Source of the DNA: Thermoplasmata archaeon
GTDB taxonomy: Archaea > Thermoplasmatota > SW-10-69-26 > JACQPN01 > JAJPHT01
Direction: 5' to 3'
DNA length: 17,177 bases
Assembly: GCA_034667685.1 (NCBI GenBank)
Contig: JAXDQU010000044.1
Location: 1-17,177, forward strand
Shown here: positions 6,948 through 14,563 of the stretch, one piece after another
Layout of the letters: every line of letters begins with the position of its first letter
Position numbering within the stretch: position 1 is the first letter of the stretch
Notes under the pieces: model-generated
The model's input: only the letters and a program-made list of their open reading frames with translations
Told to the model about the DNA's origin: nothing
The model's database searches: none
Made by a program: the position numbers and the translations under genes

Positions 6948-7829
6948 ATGGTGAGCCTCTGGCCTCGACGCCACACGACGTGGCGGTCCGCGCCGAAGCT
7001 CCGCGACTGGACGCCGCCCGCGCCGCGGAAGGTCCGGCTCGACCGCGCGATCTGGGTCACCATCGCCCTCGTGCTCCTCCTTTCCGCGGGCGCGAGCTAC
7101 ACGATCCTCCAGCTCACGGGCGAAGGGCGCTGGAGCCTCTACTTCCTGGGCGTCATCGTCGGCGCCGTCTTCGCGGGCAAGCTCATCGGCGAGTACGTCT
7201 GGACCGTCGTGGGCTCCTTCTACACGGGCCTGGTGCTCCGCGTCTACGCCCATTTCGCGCGCAAGCGCGGCGCCAAGATGATGATCACGCCCTACCCCGA
7301 CTTCGTGCCCGGACGCCTGCGCCAGACGTGGGAGGCGATGGGCTTCGCCGCGGGGCTCTCGCTCCTCGCCGCGGCCTCGATCCTCTTCGTCACGAGCGAG
7401 GACAGCAACTCGCTCCCGTGGCTGAGCCTGGGCGGCCTCGTGCTCTCGTGCGTCCTCACCTTCATGCTCGTGCCCCACTGGACGTTCGCGCGCCTCGGCC
7501 TGCGCGTCTCGGAGCCGCAGCGCTTCGTGGTGTCGAGCCTCGCCGAGAGCTACAGCGGCATCGTGCGCGTCTCGAACGGCACGATCCTCCTGGGCAGCAC
7601 GTTCTACGGCGTCAACGCGCTCGCGGGCCGCGCGACCCGGCTGGAGATCTGGATCCTCGTCGCGGTCAGCGTCGCCATCATGCTCGCCATCTCGCTCGTG
7701 GCGATGGGCACCGCGACGGCGTACTACAAGCGCCACGAGGAGATGGTGCTCAAGCGCGTCGCGGCCGACGCCAAGCGCCTCGGCTTCGTCCCGATGACCG
7801 GCGGAAACCCCTCGCTGACGGCAGCTTGA
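6948..7829 (+). CDS. Hypothetical multi-pass membrane protein (paralogue A)
   Basis: About 6 hydrophobic segments and coding-like codon bias; shares motifs with the next gene. Start uncertain (6894, 6933 or 6948). Confidence 0.8.
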   Translation: MVSLWPRRHTTWRSAPKLRDWTPPAPRKVRLDRAIWVTIALVLLLSAGASYTILQLTGEGRWSLYFLGVIVGAVFAGKLIGEYVWTVVGSFYTGLVLRVYAHFARKRGAKMMITPYPDFVPGRLRQTWEAMGFAAGLSLLAAASILFVTSEDSNSLPWLSLGGLVLSCVLTFMLVPHWTFARLGLRVSEPQRFVVSSLAESYSGIVRVSNGTILLGSTFYGVNALAGRATRLEIWILVAVSVAIMLAISLVAMGTATAYYKRHEEMVLKRVAADAKRLGFVPMTGGNPSLTAA

Positions 7830-7854
7830 AGGCCGACCCGGAGAGTGCGAGCGC

Positions 7855-8712
7855 GTGGACGTGAAGGCCGGCACGAAGCGCGTGCGCGACGCGGGTCGCG
7901 TGGGCGACGTCCCGGTGGCGGGCCCGATCCTGCTCGCCGTGGCGACCGACTTCGTCTTCGAGGTCACCGTCGGCCAGGGCATCGGCGTCGTCGCGTTCGC
8001 CATCGTGGCGCTCCTGGCGTACCTCTACGGGCGCTGGATCGGCACGCGCACGTGGCCCAAGCGCGGACGCTCCATCGCGCGCAGGGTGCTGCGCTACAAC
8101 ACGAGGAAGTCCAACCACCCGACGATCTTCCTGACCGACCGGCCCGACGTCACCGTCAGCATCGCGCGGCGCATCGTCGAGGTCGTGGGCTTCGCGGCGG
8201 GCGCCGCGATCATCTTCACCGTCGCGCTCACGTTCATCCCCGAGGCGCCCGGCACCGGCATCCTCGTCCACGACCTGAAGCTCCTCAGCACGACGCTCTT
8301 CACCTTCATCGCGCTCTGGTGCTCGTTCGTCATCGTCCCCTACTGGGTCTTCGGCCGGATGGGCCTGCGCCAGATCGACCCGATCCGCTGGCTCGTCCAC
8401 CCGATGGCGCACCGCTACGCGAGCCGCCTGAAGCTCTCGAACGGCGCGCTGATCCTCGTCGCCTTCGTCGCCATCTTCAACCTGGCCTACCGCGGCGGCG
8501 CCGACCAGAGCCAGGCCATCGCCCAGAGCGTGCTCACCCTCGTGCGCGTCGTGATGGGCGTCCTCATCGCCGCCGTCACCGCCGTGGCCTACTACGTGCG
8601 CGGCGAGCGCGGGCTCGTGCTCGGCCTGGAAGAGGAGGCGCTGGAGATGGGCATCGTCGACGGGCGCGACATGACCGACGGCGAGTTCCTGCCGAAGCTG
8701 CCGAAGCACTAG
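7855..8712 (+). CDS. Hypothetical multi-pass membrane protein (paralogue B)
   Basis: About 6 hydrophobic segments; shares GFAAG, VPxWxFxRxGLR, SNG and AYYxRxE motifs with paralogue A. CTTGAA lies 30 nt before the GTG. Confidence 0.8.
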   Translation: MDVKAGTKRVRDAGRVGDVPVAGPILLAVATDFVFEVTVGQGIGVVAFAIVALLAYLYGRWIGTRTWPKRGRSIARRVLRYNTRKSNHPTIFLTDRPDVTVSIARRIVEVVGFAAGAAIIFTVALTFIPEAPGTGILVHDLKLLSTTLFTFIALWCSFVIVPYWVFGRMGLRQIDPIRWLVHPMAHRYASRLKLSNGALILVAFVAIFNLAYRGGADQSQAIAQSVLTLVRVVMGVLIAAVTAVAYYVRGERGLVLGLEEEALEMGIVDGRDMTDGEFLPKLPKH

Positions 8713-9662
8713 GCCTTGCGCTTCACGACGGAATCGGCGAGCGCTACGAGCGCGTCCTTCGCGGGCCCGGGCGGCACGCCGGCGAGCCGCGACTTCGCGC
8801 GCTCCGCATATTCCTGCGCGACGCGGCGCGCCTCGTCGATGGCGCCGGCGTCCTGGAGCATGCGGCGCAGCTCGTCCGGGTCGGTGCGGCGGGCCAGCGC
8901 GCGGAACGCCTTCGCGTCCTCGGCGCCCAGCCCCACGGGGAGCGTGAGCACGCCGGTCTTCGCGTCCTGGCCGACGGCCTTGCCCGTCTCGGCGGAGACG
9001 CCGGCGATGTCGAGCACGTCGTCCGCGATCTGGAACGCGATGCCGATCTCCAGCCCGTACAGGCCGAACGCCTCGACGGTCTCCTTCGACGCGCCCGCGA
9101 GCATCGCGCCGGTCATGGCGCACGCGCGGATCGGCTCGGCGGTCTTCTTCGCGATGATTTTCAGGTAGGCGGCCTGGTCGACCTCTTCCGCCAGGAGGCG
9201 CTGCTCCATGACCTCGCCCTCCGCGAGCCGGACGCACGCCTCGGCCGTGACGCGGATGACGTCCTTCGGAAGCCGGCCGCTGAGCGCGAAGCCCTGGGTG
9301 AAGAGGAAGTCGCCCGCGACGATCGCGTGGGGCATGCCGTACGCGACGTGGACCGTGGGGCGGCCGCGGCGCAGCGGGCTCTGGTCGATGATGTCGTCGT
9401 GCACGAGGCTCGCGGTGTGGATGAGCTCGAAGGCGGCCGCCGCGTCCACGACCTTCTCCAGGTCCGCGTCGCGCCCCCCGCACGCGTCGAAGGCGAGCAG
9501 CGCCACGCGGGGGCGCATGCGCTTGCCGCCCGCCCGCACGAGGTCCTGCACCATCTGGCGCAGGAGCGGCTCCTGGCACTCGACCGCCTGCTGGATCGTG
9601 GCCTCCACGCGACGCAGCGCCGCCTCGACGTCGAGGGCGGTGGCTGCGGCCGTGCGCGTCAT
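8709..9662 (-). CDS. Trans-polyprenyl diphosphate synthase, probably medium/long-chain
   Basis: GGKRMRP, FARM ELIHTASLVHDDIID…RRGRPT, KKTA, SARM FQIADDVLD and GKAVGQD. True start is ATG 9662; CTTTAT lies about 30 nt upstream. Confidence 0.95.
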   Translation of the reverse strand: MTRTAAATALDVEAALRRVEATIQQAVECQEPLLRQMVQDLVRAGGKRMRPRVALLAFDACGGRDADLEKVVDAAAAFELIHTASLVHDDIIDQSPLRRGRPTVHVAYGMPHAIVAGDFLFTQGFALSGRLPKDVIRVTAEACVRLAEGEVMEQRLLAEEVDQAAYLKIIAKKTAEPIRACAMTGAMLAGASKETVEAFGLYGLEIGIAFQIADDVLDIAGVSAETGKAVGQDAKTGVLTLPVGLGAEDAKAFRALARRTDPDELRRMLQDAGAIDEARRVAQEYAERAKSRLAGVPPGPAKDALVALADSVVKRKA

Positions 9663-9740
9663 GTGTCGCGGGGAGTCCGGGGTCGCCCATAAAGGTGCGC
9701 CTCGCGAAACAACCTTGCGGAAGTTGTAAGCTGGACGCCC

Positions 9741-10577
9741 GTGGACCCGGAGCACACCGAGGAGCTGAAGGGGTTCGGGCTCACCGGCTACGAGGCGACG
9801 GCGTACGCCACGCTCCTGCGCCTGGGCAGCGCCGACGCCTCGACCGTCGCGCACAAGGCCGGCATCCCCTTCGGGCGCGTCTACGACGTGCTCAACTCGC
9901 TGGTCGACCGCGGCCTTCTCGCGCTGCACGAGGGGCGCCCCAAGCAGTACCGCGCCGTGCAGCCGCGCGCCGCGATGGCCCTGCTCCTGGCGCAGCGCAA
10001 GCGCGAATTGGACGAGCGGTACGCCGAGCTGACGCGCATCGCGAGCGACCTGGAGAAGAAGCTCTCGCCCAAGGTCAAGAAGGACCCGAGCAGCTTCTAC
10101 AGCGCGAGCGTGGGCGAGGAGGAGAGCCGCAGCTTCCTCGTGGAGAAGCTCGCCGAGGCCTCCGTCTCGATGGACGTGAACCTGGAGCTTCCCGACTACA
10201 AGGCGCAGGACGCGGACCTCTTCGACGCGCTCGTGGCCGCGGTGGAGCGCGGCGTGCGCACGCGCATCCTCCTGCGCGAGAGCGACGTGCCGGTGATCCT
10301 CGACTCGCCGCTCAACGAGGTGATCGCGCGCCGCATGCTGCCGCACCTGGGCAAGGGGCTCCACGTGCGCGTGTTCGTGGGCGAGATGGTCCCCTTCGCG
10401 GTCGTGGACGGCGAGAAGGCCATCGTGGGCGTGAAGAACCCCGTGGACCCGAAGGCGTACTTCGCCACCGTGTTCATCTGGGACCCCAAGTTCGCGGGCG
10501 AGCTGGCGCAGCGCTTCGAGTCGCTCTGGGGCGAGGCGGACCTCGACGTGGGCGAGCTGGTCGGCAAGGAGCCCTAA
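9741..10577 (+). CDS. TrmB family transcriptional regulator
   Basis: LKGFGLTGYEATAYATLL…AGIPFGRVYDVLNSLVDRGL…RPKQYRAVQP is the TrmB wHTH. It is followed by a coiled coil and an effector domain (AVERGVRTRIL, FAVVDGEKAIV). Confidence 0.93.
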   Translation: MDPEHTEELKGFGLTGYEATAYATLLRLGSADASTVAHKAGIPFGRVYDVLNSLVDRGLLALHEGRPKQYRAVQPRAAMALLLAQRKRELDERYAELTRIASDLEKKLSPKVKKDPSSFYSASVGEEESRSFLVEKLAEASVSMDVNLELPDYKAQDADLFDALVAAVERGVRTRILLRESDVPVILDSPLNEVIARRMLPHLGKGLHVRVFVGEMVPFAVVDGEKAIVGVKNPVDPKAYFATVFIWDPKFAGELAQRFESLWGEADLDVGELVGKEP

Positions 10578-10632
10578 CGCTCCGAGGATCGTTCCAAAGG
10601 GGAATTCCGATCGGGAGGCATGTGGGGCCGTC

Positions 10633-11232
10633 GTGGACAAGGCGACGGCCGACCTGCTTGCGAAGGGGACGCCGGGGGCGCACCTCGGGATCGTTGCCCA
10701 CGATGACGAGTCGCTGGCGCGCGCCGTCGCCGCGTGGGCCGCGGAGGGGCTGAAGGCCGGCGGGGGCGTCATCCTCCTGGGATCGAGCGCGCGCCTGGAG
10801 AGCGTCCGCGCGAAGCTGCTCGACGCCGGGCTCGACGCCGGGCGGCTGGAGCGCGCGGGCACCCTCGTCCTCCTCGAGGCCGACTGGCTCCTGGCGAAGC
10901 TCATGTTCGACGGCTCGCCCGACGCCACGAGCTTCCGCGCGCTGCTCAACGAGATCCTCCGGCGCGTCGGGGGGACCGTGGGCGACCCCACGCGCGTCCG
11001 CGCATGGGGCGAGCTCGTCTCCCTCCTCCACAAGCGCGGGAACGCCGCGGCGGCCACGAGCCTGGAGCGCCTGTGGGACGAGGCCATCGCGCAGTACGGC
11101 TTCTCGCTCCTCTGCTCCTACCGCGCGGACGGCGACGCCAAGCGCAACGCGAGCCTGCCCGCGCACGTCGCCGCCACCCACGCGCATTGGGCGGAGATGC
11201 GCGCGGCCCCCGTGCGCCCGGACGCGCGCTGA
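10633..11232 (+). CDS. Stand-alone MEDS domain protein
   Basis: H…L…AEGLKAGGGVI…G.L…RVRAWGELVSLL…AAATSLERLWD…FSLLCSY is the characteristic MEDS pattern. Confidence 0.85.
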   Translation: MDKATADLLAKGTPGAHLGIVAHDDESLARAVAAWAAEGLKAGGGVILLGSSARLESVRAKLLDAGLDAGRLERAGTLVLLEADWLLAKLMFDGSPDATSFRALLNEILRRVGGTVGDPTRVRAWGELVSLLHKRGNAAAATSLERLWDEAIAQYGFSLLCSYRADGDAKRNASLPAHVAATHAHWAEMRAAPVRPDAR

Positions 11233-11282
11233 CGCCGGCGCGGAAAGCGGGGCTTAAGCTGCCCCCGCGCTTCCGCCCGCGC

Positions 11283-11801
11283 ATGGACACGCTGACCTGG
11301 GTCGTCCGCTACATCCACATCCTGAGCGCCGTCGCGTGGGTCGGCGCCGCGATGCTCTTCTCCATGATGATCGCGCCGCGCGTGCTCCGCGACGGGCCCC
11401 CGCAGATCCGCCGGCCGTTCCTCGAGGCCGTGCTCGCCCCGCTGACGCGCTGGTTCGCCATCTCGACGCCGCTCACGATCCTCTCGGGGCTCGTGCTCGT
11501 CGGGCAGATCTGGGGCTGGTCGAACTACGGCGCCGCGTTCCAGACGGGCAAGTACGGCGTGGGCCTCTCGATCGGCTTCGTCGCGGCGATCGTCTCCGCC
11601 GTGCTCGGGTTCGCCGTCGTCGCCCGCAGCGGCGAGAAGCTCCTCAAGAAGATGCAGTCCATCAACGGCCCGCCCACCGCGGAGCAGCAGGCCGAGCTCG
11701 CGGCGCTGGGCAAGCGCGTCGGCATGGGCAGCATGGCCGCCGTGCTCTTCGGCATGATCGCGCTGGGCGGCATGGTCTGGGCCGTCAACGCGGTCCGCTA
11801 A
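11283..11801 (+). CDS. Small 4-TM membrane protein (CopD/DUF2269/DUF4149-like)
   Basis: YIHILSAVAWVG is the HxxxxxxWxG motif; four hydrophobic helices; CTTAAG lies 30 nt upstream of ATG 11283. Confidence 0.75.
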   Translation: MDTLTWVVRYIHILSAVAWVGAAMLFSMMIAPRVLRDGPPQIRRPFLEAVLAPLTRWFAISTPLTILSGLVLVGQIWGWSNYGAAFQTGKYGVGLSIGFVAAIVSAVLGFAVVARSGEKLLKKMQSINGPPTAEQQAELAALGKRVGMGSMAAVLFGMIALGGMVWAVNAVR

Positions 11802-11882
11802 AGGGAAGACGGGAAGAAGCGAAGACGGGAACTGGGAAGAAGCGACCCTTCTTCCCCAGTTCCCGTCTTCGCTTCTTCCCTT
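11801..11882. repeat. Long inverted repeat (32/33-bp arms, 5-nt loop) between convergent genes; REP-like element or bidirectional terminator
   Basis: Arm 11811-11842 (GGGAAGAAGCGAAGACGGGAACTGGGAAGAAG) is the reverse complement of 11848-11880 apart from a single-base bulge. Confidence 0.9.
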
Positions 11883-11885
11883 CGA

Positions 11886-12404
11886 TCACTCGTGATAGCT
11901 TTTCTCGCCCGCCCGGATCGGCACCTTGAGCCAGTTCTCCGGCGGCGGGAAGGGGCACGAGAAGTCCTCGCTGTACGCGCAGTAGGGCGAGTAGGCGAGG
12001 TTGAAGTCCACGACGGCCGAGGCGCCGTGCGGCATCTCGACGTCGAGGTAGCGCCCCGCGCCGTACGTCTCCTTCGCGCTCGTCGCGTCACGGAACGGCA
12101 CGAAGAGCTCGCCCCCTCCGCCCGCGTAGGCGTGGAGCGCGACCTCGCCCGCGGGCGTCTTCATGCGCAGCGTGCCCACGTCGAGGTAGTCGCGCACCTC
12201 GCCCGTGCTGGTCTGGACCTTGAGCGGCTTGGGCACCGCGGCGGGCTCCCACGCGGCCGCGATGCGCCACGCGAGATCGGGATCGAAGTAACGCAGGCCC
12301 GCGAACGCCGCGCGCTCGTGGCGCGGGATCGGCGACCAGGGCTGCGTGCGGAACGCCTCGTCCTTGGCCTTGCGCTGCGCGAGGACCTGCGCGACGTAGT
12401 CCAT
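11886..12404 (-). CDS. DUF1684 domain-containing protein
   Basis: SPIP…FAGLRYF, LFVPFRDATSAKETYGAGRYL and DFNLAYSPYCAYSEDFSCPFPPPENWL…IRAGEK. ATG at 12404. Confidence 0.93.
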   Translation of the reverse strand: MDYVAQVLAQRKAKDEAFRTQPWSPIPRHERAAFAGLRYFDPDLAWRIAAAWEPAAVPKPLKVQTSTGEVRDYLDVGTLRMKTPAGEVALHAYAGGGGELFVPFRDATSAKETYGAGRYLDVEMPHGASAVVDFNLAYSPYCAYSEDFSCPFPPPENWLKVPIRAGEKSYHE

Positions 12405-12457
12405 ACGGGCCGCACGCGCCACGCCCCGGATACGCTTTTCCAGCGCGGGCGCTTGGC

Positions 12458-12778
12458 ATGGACGTGCGCGCGATCCTGATCCTCGCTGTCCTGCTGGCCG
12501 GGTGCGTCGAGGGCTCCGACACCGGCGGGCCCGCGCCCGGCGGCACGTTCCACGTGGGCGGCTCCTTCGACGCCAACGCCACGCAGCAGGACTACGACCG
12601 CGCCAGCGGCATCGCGACGTCGTACGGCGGCACGCTGGCGCTCCTGGAGTCGTTCCCCGCGCAGTTCAGCGCGACGGGCTTCACCGACGTGGCGTGCCAG
12701 AAGGCGCGCGATGCGCTGGCGGCTGAGCCCCACGTGGCCAGCGTCGGGACGTGCGCGCCGTCGCAGGCTGCCGGCTGA
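12458..12778 (+). CDS. Small hypothetical lipoprotein
   Basis: Lipobox ILILAVLLAG|C, short linker, then a ~70-aa alpha/beta domain with two Cys. Confidence 0.78.
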   Translation: MDVRAILILAVLLAGCVEGSDTGGPAPGGTFHVGGSFDANATQQDYDRASGIATSYGGTLALLESFPAQFSATGFTDVACQKARDALAAEPHVASVGTCAPSQAAG

Positions 12779-12829
12779 GGCGAGAGCAGCTTTGACTCCT
12801 TCGTGCTCCGCGCTGGCGCCCGCTGCCGT

Positions 12830-13231
12830 TCACGCGTCGCGGCGGCCGAGCACGGCGGGCGCGATGCCGGCGAACAAGAGCCCCGGCAAGCCTGCCGCCC
12901 CGACAAGGGGCGGGTTGTTGATGATGCTCAGCAAGACGTTGTTCTCGTACGCCTCGGCGATCGCGTAGCTCACGTCGTAGACGGCGAGCGTCAGGAGAAT
13001 CGCGGCCGCGATGGCGACGCCGAACTTCCACCCGTCGGGCTCGTCGTTCGCCCGGCGGTAGGTCCACACCGCCACCGCGACCGAGCCCGCCACGAACACG
13101 GCGTCCGCCACGAGATTTTGCGCCCAGACGGAGGCGAAGGTGGTGTACGCCAGCGTGCCCAGCAAGCCAAGCAGCGAGGAGAGCGCCACGTAGGGCAAGA
13201 GGAGCCAAGCTCGACGCCACCCTCGTCGCAC
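12830..13231 (-). CDS. Small hypothetical 4-TM membrane protein
   Basis: Four hydrophobic segments with basic termini; fills the gap between neighbouring genes. GTG 13231 chosen because the upstream ORF portion overlaps the radical SAM gene. Confidence 0.65.
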   Translation of the reverse strand: MRRGWRRAWLLLPYVALSSLLGLLGTLAYTTFASVWAQNLVADAVFVAGSVAVAVWTYRRANDEPDGWKFGVAIAAAILLTLAVYDVSYAIAEAYENNVLLSIINNPPLVGAAGLPGLLFAGIAPAVLGRRDA

Positions 13232-13313
13232 GGGCGAACGAGCCCGTGACGTCGCATCAGGCTTCCGGCGCGCCCCCGGCGCCTTCATGTAGCAAGCCCA
13301 CCTCGCTCGAAGC

Positions 13314-14525
13314 GTGGCGAGCGTCCCGGCCTTGAAGGTCCGCCCCGCGGGCAGCTTCATCCAAGGTCCCTTGCCCACCGGCTGCGCGCTCTGCGAGGCC
13401 GGCGCGAAGATGGTCCTCTTCGTCACGGGCGTCTGCCACTACAAGTGCTTCTACTGCCCCATCTCGGAGGAGAAGCGCATGAGCCGCGACGCGTGGGCCA
13501 ACGAGCGCAAGCTCGACTGGTCGGACGAGAAGGCCGCGCTGGACGCCATGGTCGAGGAGGCGCGCTCGCTCAACGCCAAGGGCACCGGCATCACGGGCGG
13601 CGACCCGCTCTACGATCCGGAGCGCACGGTGCGCGCGATCCGCCACCTCAAGGCGACGTTCGGCCCGAAGCACCACGTGCACCTCTACACGCAGATCCCC
13701 TTTGATATCAAGTGGCTCGCCGCGCTCCAGGAGGCGGGGCTCGACGAGCTGCGGTTCCACCCGCCCGACGAGACGTGGGAGACGCCCGATTCGCATCCGG
13801 CCTACGCGCGGCTCTGGCTCAAGGCGAAGGAGATGGAGGACGCGGGCCTGTGGGACGTGGGCTTCGAGATCCCGTGCATCCCCGGCTCGCAGGAGCAGAT
13901 GAGCAACCTCGTGGGCTGGCTCGGCGCGCACAAGTTCCGTTTCATCAACCTCAACGAGATGGAGTTCTCGGAGACCAACTACGAGGCGATGCTATCACGC
14001 GGCTATCGCATCAAGGACACCGAGACGAGCCGCGCGCTGGATTCGGAGGAGGTGGCGCGCGAGGTCATGCGCCGGCACGCGGGCGGGCCCACGACCATCC
14101 ACTTCTGCTCGTCGCCGTTCAAGGACCGCATCCAGCTCAAGCAGCGCCTCTCGCGCCAGGCCGAGCGCCGCGCGAAGCCCTACGAGATCGCCACCGAGGA
14201 CGGGACGCTCGTGCGCGGCGTCATCGAGTGCCCGGACCCCGCGGACATGATGGCCGAGATCGCGGCCGCGTTCGAGGTCGGCGCGGAGATGATGGAGGCG
14301 GCGGAGGGGCGCGTGCTCATCGCGCCCTGGCTCCTGGAGCAGTTCGCGGACGAGGTGCCCTTCCCCGCGTACTTCAGCGAACGATATCCCACCGCGACCG
14401 AGCTCGAGGTCGAGCGCATCCCCTTGAACGAGCCCGCCGAGGACGCGCCCCTGCCGGCGCGACGGGTCCCGGTCGTCGAGCGCGAGCTGGCCGACCTGCA
14501 CAAGCTGGGCCGGCCCGGGCAGTGA
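13314..14525 (+). CDS. Archaeal radical SAM protein (COG2108-like, related to PFL-activating enzymes)
   Basis: LPTGCALC…KMVLFVTGVCHYKCFYCP (CxxxCxxC plus an upstream CxxC), GITGGDP, HLYT, GLDELRFHP, NLNEMEFSETN and HFCSS. Confidence 0.92.
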   Translation: MASVPALKVRPAGSFIQGPLPTGCALCEAGAKMVLFVTGVCHYKCFYCPISEEKRMSRDAWANERKLDWSDEKAALDAMVEEARSLNAKGTGITGGDPLYDPERTVRAIRHLKATFGPKHHVHLYTQIPFDIKWLAALQEAGLDELRFHPPDETWETPDSHPAYARLWLKAKEMEDAGLWDVGFEIPCIPGSQEQMSNLVGWLGAHKFRFINLNEMEFSETNYEAMLSRGYRIKDTETSRALDSEEVAREVMRRHAGGPTTIHFCSSPFKDRIQLKQRLSRQAERRAKPYEIATEDGTLVRGVIECPDPADMMAEIAAAFEVGAEMMEAAEGRVLIAPWLLEQFADEVPFPAYFSERYPTATELEVERIPLNEPAEDAPLPARRVPVVERELADLHKLGRPGQ

Positions 14526-14563
14526 CAGCCCGTCTTATCGAGCGGGGTCGCGCTGCCCGGCGC

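Noticed and set aside
9663-11087. N-terminal 470-aa extension of the 8709..11087 ORF, suggesting a giant prenyltransferase fusion
   Set aside because: It is the antisense shadow of the TrmB and MEDS genes. Prenyltransferase similarity begins at ATG 9662, which has its own TATA-like element.
11801-11882. CRISPR array or transposon end
   Set aside because: There is only one inverted pair with no repeat-spacer periodicity, no cas or transposase gene in the window, and no evident target-site duplication.
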